NCBI RefSeq assembly: GCF_006345805.1
Contig: NC_043009.1
Span: forward strand, 18,848,001 to 18,912,000
Source: Octopus sinensis
Lineage: Eukaryota
DNA: 64,000 nt
Direction of reading: 5' to 3'
Shown: piece by piece, positions 27,011-41,200 of the stretch
How the letters are laid out: each line of letters starts with the position of its first letter
How positions within the stretch are numbered: position 1 is the first letter of the stretch
Notes under the pieces: generated by a model
What the model was told of the DNA's origin: nothing
Seen by the model: the letters and a program-made list of their open reading frames with translations, nothing else
Database searches by the model: none
Program-made: the position numbers and the translations under genes

Positions 27011-28849
27011 TTCTTCGTGATAGAACAAAGGTGTCTTGGTAAAGTGATATAAAGACACGCTGAGAAAAATTTCGGAAAACAATCCACACTTTATCCACCC
27101 TTATGGAGGCTGCTACACCGTCCACAGCTGATGTCGTAGACCTCTTTATCTCACCCCACCCTCTCTCCCAGCTCTGTAAACCTCTCTTCTTGCCTCGTCA
27201 ATCCCAACGTTCCTGAAACTTCAGCCTCACCTGTCAACCAGTCTGCCACAGTCCTTGACGATGAACTCTCACAATATTTTTTTAATTTTTTCATAATACA
27301 GTATAATGTTTAGTGTTTAAACTTTAAGCCGTATAAATAATTTTATTTTCATTACATATTCAGTTTAGCATTTAAGTTGTATAAAATATATGTGGTAAAG
27401 CGAATTGAAGTGTTATAAAGTAAAGTTTTCCTGTTGTTTTTGATTGTTGGTATTTGTTTATATTTTCGTAATAAGCTGTATCTTGTAGTAGGTATGACGT
27501 AATTATAGCATTCAATAATGACTGCCGCATTTCCTGTATCCTCTTCTTTAATGACAATATTTTTGAGTTCATGTATAATTATCCATTTCTTTCGACTGAT
27601 GTTAGATTTGGACTTAAGGTCTGGTAGTTCGTGATATGGGAATGAGGATATAAAGTCATAAGATTTGTCAAATACTTTGTTTCTGGCTATTGTTAGAAAC
27701 TTTGATTTCCTGCAAATGATTCGTAATTATTTTCCCTGTAAAATACCTTTCTGTGAAACGTAATTTTCTACATGTGTGGGACATCTTTAAGTATTTCATT
27801 GAAGTATTGTGGCTTTGGAGTGGATTTTATACCTTTTAAGGGAATATAAATTTGATGTATTGAAAAGTTGCTTTTGTTTTTTGTATGAAAGATTATCTCC
27901 TATCAGCACTTTCCATTTGTGCCACAGGTTGTCGCAAATCGTGTGCACTGAGTCTACTTAATGGTCTTTTAAGTTTACTTCTGTATTCGTTGACTAATTT
28001 TTTGGTTTATTTTTCTAGTATTTTCTGCTAATTTTGTTCTTTCTGTTTTTTAACTCAGTTTCAAAATTAATGGGCTAATTAGCATTTTCCCAATAACTGA
28101 AGAGATGCAACTTCTTCATTTTCGCAGTTTCTCTTTATAGTTTAATATGTTTTAATTTGGTAAGTTTTCCAACCTTTTTCAAATTCGTCAGTTGATTTAT
28201 TTTTTGTTTGTTAGAGTTTGCCTTTAGTCGTAAAAGTTCTTTTTTCCATTTGGAGTTTTCTAGGGAAACATCTTCTCTTAAACTTTCTATGTTGTCCATG
28301 TTCATTAGAGCTAGGTCAGTTTATAATTTTCTGGGAAGAACAATCTAATCTTCATATAGTTGGGCTTTGCCGTTAGTTTTCAATGTACTCCAAAAGGCAA
28401 GTTTTGTAGGTTTGAAGATTTAGTTTCAACTATATAATTATATATAATTATATAAATGTAGTTTAAACTATATAATTATATTTTATAGAATTATATAATT
28501 ATCAACATATAATTGAAAACATTTGTCTTTGCAGATTAACATTGTTGCTTTCTTATTTTGGTTAGAGATTTAGGTTCAGGATCCCGCAGCATAGTTTCTA
28601 CAATTTTACATAACTGGTTTAACGTTTAATTAACTTCTGCCTGTTGAGTTCCACTTCCTCCTTCCTTAATTCTTTGGTATGGTTCTGTGTTTCGTCAAAT
28701 TTTGTAGCTAGGATTGAGAGTATGTAGGCGACCTCTTTCAGTTTCTTTGGAACGTTTTCGTTCGTTGTATTAACGCTTCGATTTGACTTACGCGATGTTG
28801 TCGTTCCACGCGTCTTTTCAGTGTGTATGTTAACTGTGATGATCGCTCA

Positions 28850-29600
28850 CATTTTACCCTTAAAAGCTGAAGGTCTTTGCTGTGAAGTGTGAGCAAGTGC
28901 AGTATCTAGACTTTGTTGGTGTACGCCCCAGACTAGTAACTTTCCATTACTTCTCTCAAGCGCCTCAGAACAGCCAATTAAAACTCTTTCGTTCAGCTGA
29001 CAACGTGAAACACACTCATGTTGACTGACGCTTTTCCAACAAAAACAATCTATTATAATACATCGCTTACAATTGTAGCGATTCTCATTGTACGATGATG
29101 GTCCCATCCACTGCAATGACTGCCTTTTCAGTTCGATTTTATAGCCATACACTTACATTTCGTCACTTGTTATGACGCTTTTCAGAAAGTTTTCATATGT
29201 ACCCAAATGACCAAACAGCTCCTGGCTGAAAGTAATTTGGTTCTTTTCAGCTGACACGGCACGCATTTACAATATCACAATGCATCCTCTTTTCATTCAA
29301 ATCATGTGGGAAGAATTTTCAGTCGCCTACTTCTTTAGAAGCTTCACAGGTATCCGGCGACAGTTTCCAGAGATAGCAGTGCGCACTTTTGAAATGTGAT
29401 AGGTAACCGTTGTCGCCAAACGTTGATCACACTTTGAATCGACGTTGGAAGATGTTTTTCCTCATTTGAAACACTGGCACCACATGTGACATGCATATGA
29501 ATCAAACAACCTTCTCCATAGGTCTTTGGCATGGAGTGGTAACGTTACTATAAAAAGTTTTGTTTCCTAATTTGAAACAGGTTTTCACACAAAAGTGGCC
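28850..29600 (-). mobile_element. Degenerate mariner transposase
   Basis: ITSDE..VYGYKIELKRQSLQW motif and HTH remnant (KTYGEGCL). Confidence 0.7.
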
Positions 29601-29878
29601 TTTTCCAAATTTTTCAGCAACTAGTGTTCTAAACAGGTGTTCACTTGACTTACGTGACGGATTCTAAGGCGGCAATTACGTTCAAAATCAACCACATACT
29701 GTACTGCAGTCGCAAGCATGATGCACTGGATTATCGGGCTGCTTGAAAACATCTGTTTTTCGACAGATTACATATACGCGCGCGCACACACACACACACA
29801 CAAAAGCACACATACCTGTATGTGTGCGCACATGCATGTGTGTGTATATATATGTACTCATACATACATACACATATA

Positions 29879-29913
<35 letters not shown>

Positions 29914-30182
29914 TCAATATATACGTATATATTTCCACGCATACAAAACAGAAATCAATGTGTGTTTGCATATGTATTTAAAAACAATTGACACATAATT
30001 GTACTATTAGCTATTAATATAATCATAAGTTTATAATGTCGCCAGTGTGTCTAGGTTTATCTACAAATATTTGTCTCAGATATTTGTAAGTCAATCATTC
30101 TTCAAATTATTCTTAATCCAACAGATCTTCAATTTTATATTGATTGTATTTATTTATGTATATATACACATGTGTGTATGTG

Positions 30183-30228
<46 letters not shown>

Positions 30229-30418
30229 TACTTATACATGCGCACATACATACACACACCAAACACACACATATATATGTGTGTATCTACATCTATATGT
30301 ATATATGTATATATATATATATTATACAATATTCATGATGTTTATATCCTAGTGCATTTCCCAGTCAACATCAAACTTACTAGAAGCGACTTAAGAAAAC
30401 ACACCAGATTACGAAGTC

Positions 30419-30455
30419 ATGGACGGATATATATATTGGTTATCTATAATACTTG
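30419..30455 (+). CDS. Gene B coding exon 1: start of signal peptide (MDGYIYWLSIIL)
   Basis: gtcATGG start context, G|GTAGGT phase-1 donor. Spliced product MDGYIYWLSIILALYTQAVA-SQDR is a typical signal peptide. Confidence 0.72.
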
Positions 30456-30685
30456 GTAGGTAAAAGCTTTCGTACAATTGGGAGCAAATAAGGTATTCCT
30501 TGGTTAAAACGGGTGGAAAGCAGAGACACAATGGAAGACTGGCTAGCACTTCGAATTTTGCTCCTGTCATTAAGTCTCTTAATCTTTAAATAACCGATTC
30601 TGTCTAAGTGCTTTGGAAGTTGTTAGGAATACTTATAGGATCTTCTTATATTTCAATCTTAGAAATAATTCAAAAAGTCACTTAC

Positions 30686-30755
30686 CAAATATCTATCTTA
30701 CAATTTCCCCAAAGCATTTCATTATATTTGAAACATGTAAAAAGTTGTACGGAAT
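30686..30755 (-). other. Possible first (non-coding) exon of gene A, antisense within gene B intron 1
   Basis: TTG|GTAAGTG donor at 30685, with a minus-strand TATAAATA about 90 nt upstream. Left boundary is the donor; right boundary is approximate. Confidence 0.3.
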
Positions 30756-30775
30756 GTAATTAAGAAATTGAAAAG

Positions 30776-30783
30776 TATTTATA
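30776..30783 (-). promoter_or_regulatory. Candidate TATA box (TATAAATA) for gene A
   Basis: Plus-strand tatttata upstream of a short candidate exon. Weak evidence in AT-rich DNA. Confidence 0.2.
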
Positions 30784-30844
30784 AAGGAACAGGCAAATGT
30801 TAATATAAAATCTATACGTTTCATAAACTAGTAGATACCTAACT

Positions 30845-30957
<113 letters not shown>

Positions 30958-31411
30958 AGAACTGTGTCAGTGTCCAGGTCAAACGTTTTAGCAAAACAAT
31001 AATGAAATAAAACAGGTAAAGAGAAATAACTGTACATGTATATTCAAATGCTTCTCATGATTCTGCCATTATGTATGTTGTTAACTCAGGTCCAATACAC
31101 ATTCTTAGATACATTAAAACTGTGATATATTCAAAACTCCTTTTTGGAATTGAATCTCGAAGTACATATAAAACTATAAATAATAGCATATAAATATTGG
31201 GGTGAAAAAACTCTGTTGGATAGATAAAGTCGAAGGCTGCCATTGAGACTCGAACCCACATTGCTTGTAGACAGGTTTTGGTAGAATGGTAGAACGCCCG
31301 ACATGTCTGTCAAAAGACAATGTTTCTATGTTATTATTTATAGCTTTATCCAATTCCAAAACAGAATTATTCTACGTCTCTCGAAAGTTTATGAATTTTT
31401 TTAATGCCAGA

Positions 31412-31468
<57 letters not shown>

Positions 31469-31930
31469 GAAATTACGACGTATGAAAACAAGGTTTTTTT
31501 CAAAAAAAGAAACCAAACTCTGTTTACATAGATAGTAAATATATTCACATATAGTGTTTATAAAAACTAAATTTATAAGTTCAAAAATTGCAGAAGAATT
31601 TGCTAGTGAACAGTTTAGCTTAAAGGTGAAGCACTATGACCGGTAATCACAGAGATGTGAGTCCGAGTCTCATGGCTGGCCGCTAACAAATTTTTCTGCA
31701 ATATAAGGATGTTCTCCGCTGAGGTCGACTTTGCCTTTCATCCTTTCGGGCTCGATTAACTAAGTACCAGTTACGCAATGAAAATACTGTTTCGGAGATT
31801 AAACTCTGATTAATCCACGATAGATAAATAAAATGAGTAAACAAAACAGATAAATAAAATAAATAAATGAAATATATAAATAAAAATTATGATTGAGATA
31901 CATGAACATTTAAATGATTTTATATTCCAG

Positions 31931-31966
31931 CTTTATATACACAAGCAGTGGCATCACAAGATCGAA
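31931..31966 (+). CDS. Gene B coding exon 2: end of signal peptide (ALYTQAVASQDR)
   Basis: 36-nt phase 1-1 exon, ttttatattccAG acceptor, A|GTAAGT donor. Positional equivalent of gene A exon 12715-12774. Confidence 0.72.
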
Positions 31967-32799
31967 GTAAGTTAATTTTTTCTTTTTCTTCATCATCACC
32001 ATCTTCTACTCCATCTTGTGCTTTTCTTTTTTCTTCGAGACTCGAGCAAAGTGAAATGAAGTGTTTTACTTAAAAATACAACGCATCGCCCTCTCCAGGA
32101 ATCGAAACTAAAATCTTACTATCATAGTTACTCGTTATTTCGTACCATTCGGCAGAGATATCAGATCTGAGAACCTTTCCATATGGTCAGGCTTTATATG
32201 GGGGAAAGACCTCAAGTGTGATTCCAAACCATTTCTCTTACTTCGTTCTCTCCATAAAGTTTCACGCTTTTCCAACACAATGCATACTAATATCCACCAG
32301 ATATCTAGCCATGCTGGGACTCCCAGTAATGTTGCCTTTACAGCCTTTCTTTCCGAATATGCAGAGAAGAGAGAAGCGACCACTGAATGTTCTCAGCCTT
32401 AAATAGATCCTTGATCCGCTAAGCTGCCTTGTCTTTCATGTACGTTTGATGGCCTTCCGTACATCATGAAGGACATTTTCTACTTGAGCGTTAACAGCCG
32501 TCTACAGCTGACGCAGCAATATATAAGGGACTTTGTAACACCTGCGGCTAGAGCTTCAGTAGAGGGCGTAAACTCTACCCTCCTCATCTCAATTTTCATA
32601 AATCTAGTAGAGTGGTGTAATTTCACTCTTTCACCTATAAATTTCACTCTTTTACTTATAATTCTCGTGGAGATTTCTTCAGCGAAGGAAGCCTTGCTAT
32701 TGTTGCTGTTGTGGTGCTGTTACTGTTGTTGGTGCTGTTGTTCCTATTTTTGTTGCCATCGCTACCTTTGCTACGTCTTCTGCTGCAGCTTTTCTTATA

Positions 32800-33000
32800 T
32801 TTACCCAACGTGCGTAAGCGAAAGCAGGGTATTGCAATTACTCGTCTTCGTCTGTTTGTCTGTGTGTTTGCAAAATTACTGGAAAACGGCTGAACGGATT
32901 TTCACCACATTTGGCAGAAATACTTATTGGGTGAGTGGCTCGAAATGATGAACATTAGGTTTGATTATCTTTAAAAAAATTTTTTTGTACTCGAACTTAC
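32800..33000 (+). mobile_element. Helentron-associated (DINE-1/HINE-like) non-autonomous element remnant
   Basis: tttaccc...gggta, (gtct)-like microsatellite, then aaaacggctgaacggattttcaccacatttggca core. Recognised by motif resemblance only. Confidence 0.45.
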
Positions 33001-34127
33001 ACATTTCCCGTGGGTGTGTGTGCGCGCGTGCGTCTACAGTAATAGATTCGAGGGTGTCGTGTATTTACGATTTGATTTCTTAAGTTTACCGGATTATAAT
33101 TACCATTATTGGTGATGCCTAAAAAAATTAATAAAACTTTAAAAATCGAACTAACAAATTTTCTGATAAGCAAGTTGACATATTATTTTATTCACTTTCT
33201 TTTTCGTGTGAATTGGCCCTTGTCTGCGTGTGTATAGACCTTGGTGTCCCAATGCGCGTAGACACGTGTGGGTACATACATACATGCATACATACATACA
33301 TACATACATACATACATACATACATACATACATACATACATACATACATAAATACATACATAGATATGAGACTCTGTGTGTGTGGGCGTGCGTGCGTATG
33401 TGTGTGTGTGTATACACTGATGGATTCGAGAGTTTCGTTTATTTACGAGTTGATTTCTTAATTTCACCGGACTATAAATACTAATAATGATGATACTTAA
33501 AGAAATTGATTCAGTCCAATGAAAAAGCATGGGTAAGCAACGCATTGTAAACCACACTATAATTTGCGGAAAAGTTTATCTGCGAGCAGGGTATGTATCA
33601 CCCCTCCGAATCCGTTTTTTTTTCATTATTAATATTCTTATTTTTGGGTGGTCTTTTTGTTTTTATTGCTACTGTCGTTTGCTATTATGGCTGTGGTGTA
33701 ATTTTGTGAACTATGGACTTTCAACAATGAAAACCCCCTCCATTTCCGCGCCCAGAATTATGCCTTTTCTTCCATTGCTGCTGTTGCTTTTGTTAATGTT
33801 GTTATTACTACTACTTTTCAAATTCGTTCTCCTTTCCTCTCACATGCTACACCGGTTTTTACAATTCATCTCCCACCATTCCATTTAGTTTACTGACTGT
33901 AGACGACGACGATGACGATGCCTAGTTTATAAAAAAGTATAATTTAATAATAAACATTGAAAACATTCCTCACAAATTTGAGCTTCGAACGGGCGACAAA
34001 CGCCAGCCAGCTCTACGTGTTCTGCTTGATTTAAACACGTTATATAACAAAATTTCAAAAATTAGCTTCTTAAACATAAATAGACGAACAAACGTACGAG
34101 CGACTCAAAGCGACGCGTTGCACACAT

Positions 34128-34194
34128 ACTACTACTACTACTATACTACTACTACTACTACTAATAATAATAATAATAATAATATATAATAATA

Positions 34195-34280
<86 letters not shown>
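34128..34280. repeat. (ACT)n(AAT)n microsatellite
   Basis: Seen directly; forms the 5' flank of the R4/Dong-like element. Confidence 0.95.
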
Positions 34281-34282
<2 letters not shown>

Positions 34283-37200
34283 GAGAAACCGGGGACGTTT
34301 AACATGTGAGAGCTATAAAACACTGCTCCGAAATCTATCCAAAAACATCGGAAATAAAGACATCGCATGGAGCAAAAAAGTAGCTGACAAAAGGTTGGAC
34401 TATATCCGAGTAAGTAATACTCATTGAAATTTAATACTATTTTCCAAACGAAATTATGTATTTTAACTGGATATCATCTTCACTGCTCGCACAGCACATG
34501 GAACTTGCTTGATACATTACGATCCATCAACACCAGACCATGTCCGACCCCAAACACCAGGTACAAAAAAATTATAAATAAACTAAATAATATCAGTATT
34601 ATTCAACCCAAGAATAACAATCAAGAAGTGCGTACTTTCAACACAAAAAGTGCGAAAAACTACACGTGCAAAACAATTTGACAACAGAAATGAACGGACC
34701 GATACCCTACGAAAATGATGACCGTCAAAATAAAGAACCGGACGTTGTTCCTCATGTCCCGCAAATAGAACCAAAAAGGCATAAATGGACACGTGAGGAA
34801 TATATTTCAATCCTACACGCTTACTATACAGCAGTGCTCTACCCAAAGAACGAAAACACCACAACATATACATATAAAATCTGGATGAAAAATAACCTAA
34901 ATAAAGACTTGGACACAGCAATGAACCCTAATAAACTAGCTAACGTACGAAGATATATTCTCAACGCAAAAAAATATCGGAAATAGAAATAGAACATTTA
35001 AAAGAAATAATACATCAGGAAAATGTAGATAGAAGCTACACAACAATGCCAAATAATATAAACACTGAGATAGTGAAACACGAAGACAGACATAACATTT
35101 CCATCAAAAACGAAGTAAACAAAAAACAACAAACCCAGACCGTAGCGATGTATAATAATGTACAAATGCACCAATCCAGAACACCACAGAATATGAATGA
35201 GAAGGAAGGCGAAACAAATCTAAAAACCTGGAAACAACGAAAGGGAACCTAATGATTATAATGCTATAAAAATGAAAATAATCAAAGAACTGAAAACCAC
35301 AGATCTCAGAATGGACCACCGACCATACCTCCCAAAAATCAAAATAGACAATAAAACAACAATAATACGTAGCATAAACCTGGCCTTCACGGAACTACTA
35401 GCCACTGAAACAAATGGCAATATCACTGAGATAAATTACTTAGTATATGCAGCAGCTACTGCAGCCACAAAAGAAGGTGGATACACCCTCAAACCCATCC
35501 AAACAGGAGTAACACCACCCAAACAAAACCTGTGGATAAATAATATTTTTTAAAAACTTTTAAAAAGAGAAAATATCTGTCGATTCTTAACGGGATTAGT
35601 AGACAATCAACACTACTAAGTAACAAGAAGAAAAAAATACTAAACATATTTACCTGAAGTAAAAGAAAAGCTAAAGCAAGATATCCTTGCCAAAACACAA
35701 AGGATCCGCCGGTATGGAGACGCCAACGTCTCTTTGAACAAGACAAACAGTTCAACTCCAACCCCAAAAAGTTCTACCAAGAACTTGGCTAAAATAAAAT
35801 AGACATCACTGCAGCACCAACGGCAGAAGGAGTGGTAGAATTCTGGAAAGAAATATGGTCGGCGAATGAACAACTTCAGAAAAAGACTATTAAAACAACG
35901 AACTTAGCATCTGAGCAACTCTGGACCCCTATAACAACTGAAGAGCTCATCCAAGCACTGCAAAGACTAAGCAACTGGAAGGCACCTGGGCACGACAAGA
36001 TCCCCAACTTCTGGTTAAAATATCTGACAAAAAGCTGGCTGAAAACTTTAATGACATACTAGCAGAGCCAGAGACAATGCCTGAATGGCTCAAGAAAGGG
36101 AAAACTATCTTAATTCCCAAAACCTATGAAGCAGCAAAACTGCAAAACTACAGGCCTATAACAAGTCTCCCTACAATTTACCAAGCCTTTACTGCAATAA
36201 TATCGCAAAGATTGAGCAAGCAAGAAAACAACATATTTCCAGAAGAACAGAAGGGATCAACTAATGCTGCAGAAAGAAGAAAGGCATCAGTATGGCCTCG
36301 ATCAATTACCGAAAGGCTTTAAATAATATTCCCCGCACGTGAATCCTCGAAACACTAGACATAAGAAAGTGTGGCACCAATAAGTACAAAATTCATAAGA
36401 CACTCTATGAATAAATGGCAGACAGTGCTACAGCTCCAAACAAAAGAGGGACTCGTGAAAACCAAATCCACCCCCATTAGAAGAGGAATATTCCAGGGAG
36501 ACACGCTCTCTCCACTCCTTTTCTTCTTGGCACTAACACCTCTACCTGATATGAAACATAGAACTGGATGCGGATACAAATGTTACGGCAAAACAATCAG
36601 CCACCTTTTATATATGGAAGACCTAAAACTACACGCTACAAATGATAAACAGCTGGAAACACTACTACAGACAGTATATGGATTTACCAAAGAAATAGAT
36701 ATGAAATTTGGCTTAGAAAGATGCGCCAAAGCAAACCTGAAAAGCGGAAAATTAGTTAAGAGTAGCAGCATCACACTAGATAAAGCCAATGAAATAAGAG
36801 AATTAGATCAAAGCCAGACATACAAATATCTAGGAATCCTTGAACTAGATATGATACAACACACACAAATGAAAGAGAAAATAAAGAAAGAATACTATAG
36901 ACGAGTTAGATCAATACTAAAAACAGAGCTCAATGCTAAAAACAAGATAATAGGTATTAACACTTTAGCCGTCCTAGTTATAAGTTACAGCAACAATATC
37001 TTTAACTGGACACTAAATGAACTAACCAAAATAGACAGGAAAACAAGGAAAATAATGACAGGATCTAGGATGCACCACTCAAAATCTGACATAAAAGGTG
37101 GTAGAGGCCTTATACAGCTGGATACTATTATAAAATAACCACCATAGGACTGCAAAAATACCTACTTCAGAATCAAGGTAAACTGATACAAATAGCGACA

Positions 37201-38230
37201 AAACACGAGCAAAACAAAAAACCGTTCTCAGTATTTAAGGAAGCTGACAAATATAAACAAGAAATCATACCACCTAACAAATATGAAGAAGAAGAAACAA
37301 CAAAAGCTATAAAACAATTGAAAACCAAACTAAAGCTAGAACAGCAACGAACCATGATAAAACGATGGCAAGAAAAGCCCGTTCATGGCAAATACTGGAC
37401 TAAAATAAATGCAAAAGAAATAGACAAAGCAAAATCCCAGCAATGGTTGAGAAGCTCAGGACTCAAAGCTAGACGGAAGAATTTTTAATTGCAGCACAAG
37501 ACCAAAGCCTCCCCACCAGAAATTACCAAAAACATGTAATGAAAAGAAACATAACAAGTAACTGCAGAATATGTGGAGATGGAAAGAAACAATAAATGAT
37601 ATTATCTCTGGCTGTCTAGTCCTGGCTAAGAAGGAATATACTTACAGACACGACAGAGTTGGGACCTACATACACTGGAAGCTATACCAACACTATGGAT
37701 TAACAACAGAAAAAAGATTATATAGGCACACGCAAGAAAAGGTCATAGAAAACGAGAAAGCAACCATACTTTGGGATATGCCAATACACACAGATAGAGA
37801 AATTAAGGCCAATTGACCAGATATAGTTGTCAGAGATCACGAAGAAAAAATATTTTCTAATTGATGTATCAATACCAGCAGATGACAACGTTTCTCTAAA
37901 AGAAATGGAGAAACTTTCAAAATACAAAGACCTGGAAATAGAGGTAACTAGAATGTGGAATCTAAAAACAGAATCAATTGCTATGATAGTAGGCGCATTA
38001 GGTATGATAAAAAAATATTCAGACAAATACATAACAAAAACACCAGGACTAACAAATATATATAACATACAGAAAATTGCACTACTGGGCACTGCACACA
38101 TCCTACGCAGAACACTTTCAATACACAATAACCATCAGAGCATCACAGCAAACCACAGCACATAACCAAGGCGCACAGAGCTGCGCTTGGTAGTGAGGTG
38201 AAAGCACGATATAAAAATAAAACTACTGAA
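34281..38230 (+). mobile_element. Near full-length degenerate R4/Dong-like RLE non-LTR retrotransposon (family A)
   Basis: N-terminal RHKWTREE. RT motifs WKAPGHDKIPNFWLK, NYRPIT, RGIFQGDTLSPLLF, HLLYMEDLKL, YKYLG. CCHC-like finger, RHDRV, PDIV..LIDV..EMEKLSKYKDL endonuclease. Flanked by (AAT)n on both sides. Confidence 0.9.
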
Positions 38231-38239
38231 TAATAATAA

Positions 38240-41200
38240 TAATAATAAATACTTTTATTGGCCACAAGTGCTTACATAAAAACAACATGAAATGACAAAA
38301 TAGGACGGTACAAAGGGTTTTAGAACGTGTAAATAAAATAAAGAAGAACAAATAAAACTCCGAATAGGGGAGTGCTTTAATGATACTCATGGAAAAATCT
38401 ACAAAAGCCACGGGGGCTTGACTAACAGGGCAAAATCCTTTCTCTTTTTATTGTATTCGTCCTACATGTGACACTAACTGTTCGACAAAGCTCCACAAGT
38501 CAGCAATGCCCAGACACTGTACGAGAGCATGCAGAACGATTTCATCGCTCCGCATGCATCTGGACAAGCCTGTCTGAGTGCATACTTATGCCTGTAGAGC
38601 TTATCACGAACCGGCAGAGACCCCTTCCCCCCATCCGGTAGTACTGTCATGGCCAGGGATTTCTGGAAGTTATCCATAGGCCCCGGCCCGAAAGTCCTCC
38701 GGAAGAGACCAGCCAGTTAATCCCTACCGACGCCCAGAACCTCTCCGAGATCGTCGTCACTCTTGTCCTCCAGTTTATCCCCTATGGAACTCCAAGGTGG
38801 AACTTCCAGCGACAGCATTGCCCGACTGGCCGAGGGCTGTGAGCGCTTGGAGACACTCTAGGTGTCAAGCACCCTGCCTCGGCCTACGCCTGATGCAGGA
38901 CTGAAGTTCCGTCAAGGAGACGAGCTTCGGAAAAGCGCGTTCAAAAAACGGCAACCACACCTGCTCACCGATACGATGTCCCAGCCTCAGCGCATGTCTG
39001 CGCATCTTCAGCCACGGCATGCCCAGTCACCCACGCAACGGGTGATGACAGCGGTACCTGTCCCTTCTACAGGAAGCAGAATAACAAGTGCACCTGCCCG
39101 TTCAGCCACGATGCATGGCAAGGGACGACAGTTAGACGGTAGTATATGACGGATGCGATGTACACATTCACCACCTCCGCCCGATATTTCAGGGACAGCT
39201 TCCTCTCTGACCATTTCTGGGTGAGACTGACCACACTGTCTGTCGCCTCACCCCATTTCTTGTCCACTTGGAGGTTTGGGCCGAACCAGACCCCGAGCAA
39301 CTTAACCGGTCCTTCCGTCCAGCGTCCCACAACACTCTTCATGTGCCGAGCTGCAGGCCCATTGACTTCTCCTGGTGAATCATTGCTCCTGTCACTGTTT
39401 GGTTTTCCCTTAGGGTAGTGTCCGATTCCCGAGATGTCCGACACTGTCACGATGACGTTGTTGGCGTAAGCTGACACGAATCTTCCGCCTCCTAGTTCAC
39501 GCAGGATGCCCGTCAAAACATCCAGCTTCCTCAGTAATGGCTCGAGTGCCAGTACATACAGAAGAGGTGAGAGTGGTCATCCTCGACGGACCGAACGTGC
39601 GATGCTAAACGATTCCTACAGATGACCATTTACTTTGACCACTGAACAGATGACGCTGTACATTGCAGAGATCCAGCCTTTGAAAACGGGACCGAAACCA
39701 GCCGCCTTAAAGACAGCCTCCAAGTACTGATGATCGACCCTATCGAAAGCTTTCGATTGATCCAAATTGATCAGGGCACCACTCATGCCACGTTCTTTAC
39801 CAACCCTCTTTATGACGCATCGCGTGAGATGGAGGTTATTGTGGAAAGACCTGTTGAGGATAGCATGTCTGTGCATCACCCACCAGTCTGTCAACGATAA
39901 GCGCCAACCTCTTTGCTAACACCTAGGCCAAAATTTTGTAATCTGCTTTTTGCAGGCCTAAAGTTATCAACAATGTCCTTCTTGTTCGGATCTTTTCTCA
40001 GTAGCGTCACCACACCTCGGCCCACAGATCTAGGAATTCTCTCGTTCTGCTGCCAGTTGCAGTAGACATCTCCCAAAAGCTTACTGAACAAGTCTGGCAT
40101 ATGAATATAAAACTTGAAGGGTAGACCATCCAATCCCGGAGACCTGTCCCTTGTGCAACTAACCAACGTGTCATGTATATCTTCAGCTGTTATCGGCATT
40201 TCGCAGAGCTCCATATCCCTGGCCGAAAGCCGCGGCATACTATCATGGTAGGAAGTGAAGTTCACCTCTGCCTCCGGACCACCATGTACTCCGTACAGTT
40301 CAGCAAAGTGCTGCTGAAACGCCGCACAAACCTGCTTGGACTCATGTAGCATGCGCCTGTCCCGACTCCTCAAAGGCCGAATTGTAGTTTTATTACTATG
40401 TTGCGTCTCGGCCACCCGGGCCCATCGAACGGCTTTCTTTCCTTCCTGCTTTAGAGCACGTGCCATAGCTCTGACAATGCAACCTTCATGCTTGGTGTTG
40501 AAGAACCGCTTCAGAACCAATCATGCTGCCAGCACATCGGTCGCTATGCCTCTACTGAGTGCCTCTTCTAATTTCCTAACTAGGCCTCTCTCTACTTTAG
40601 TCTTCTCTATCGCTAGTTCTCTGCTAAATTCTACAGCTTCTACATACAACAGAGTTATAGGCCTAAAATTATCACTTTTGTCCTCTTTATTCGAGTTCTT
40701 CCTCCACAACACAACCACTCCACGGCTCACAGCAGTGGGAAATCTCCCGTTCTGCTGCCAGTTGTGGTAAACGTCTGCCAAGAGACCACCGAACAAGTCT
40801 GGCATATGAATATAAAACTTGAGGGGAAGACTATCCCACCCCGGAGACTTCTGTCTTGTGCAGGCCGTCATCGTGACCCGTATATCTTCAGCTGTTATCG
40901 TCATTTCGCAGAACTCTGCATCTCTGGCTGGGAAGCGCAGCATACCACTAAGATGGGAGGCGAAATCTACCACTGACCCAGAACCACCACGCGCACCATA
41001 CAGTTTAGCGAAGTACTGCTGAAATTCTACTTGTACTCTGTCATCATGTGCCCATCACAGCTCGACAAAGACCGAATTGTTTCTTTGTCTCCACGTAGCC
41101 CCTCTGCCACCCGGGCCCATCGAACGGCTTTCGTCTCCTCCCATTTCAGTGCACGCGCCATAGGTCTGACGACGCAACCTTCGTGCTCAGCATTGAAGAA

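Noticed and set aside
27340-28790. Strand-biased region that may be a decayed minus-strand retroelement ORF
   Set aside because: No diagnostic motif could be read with confidence.
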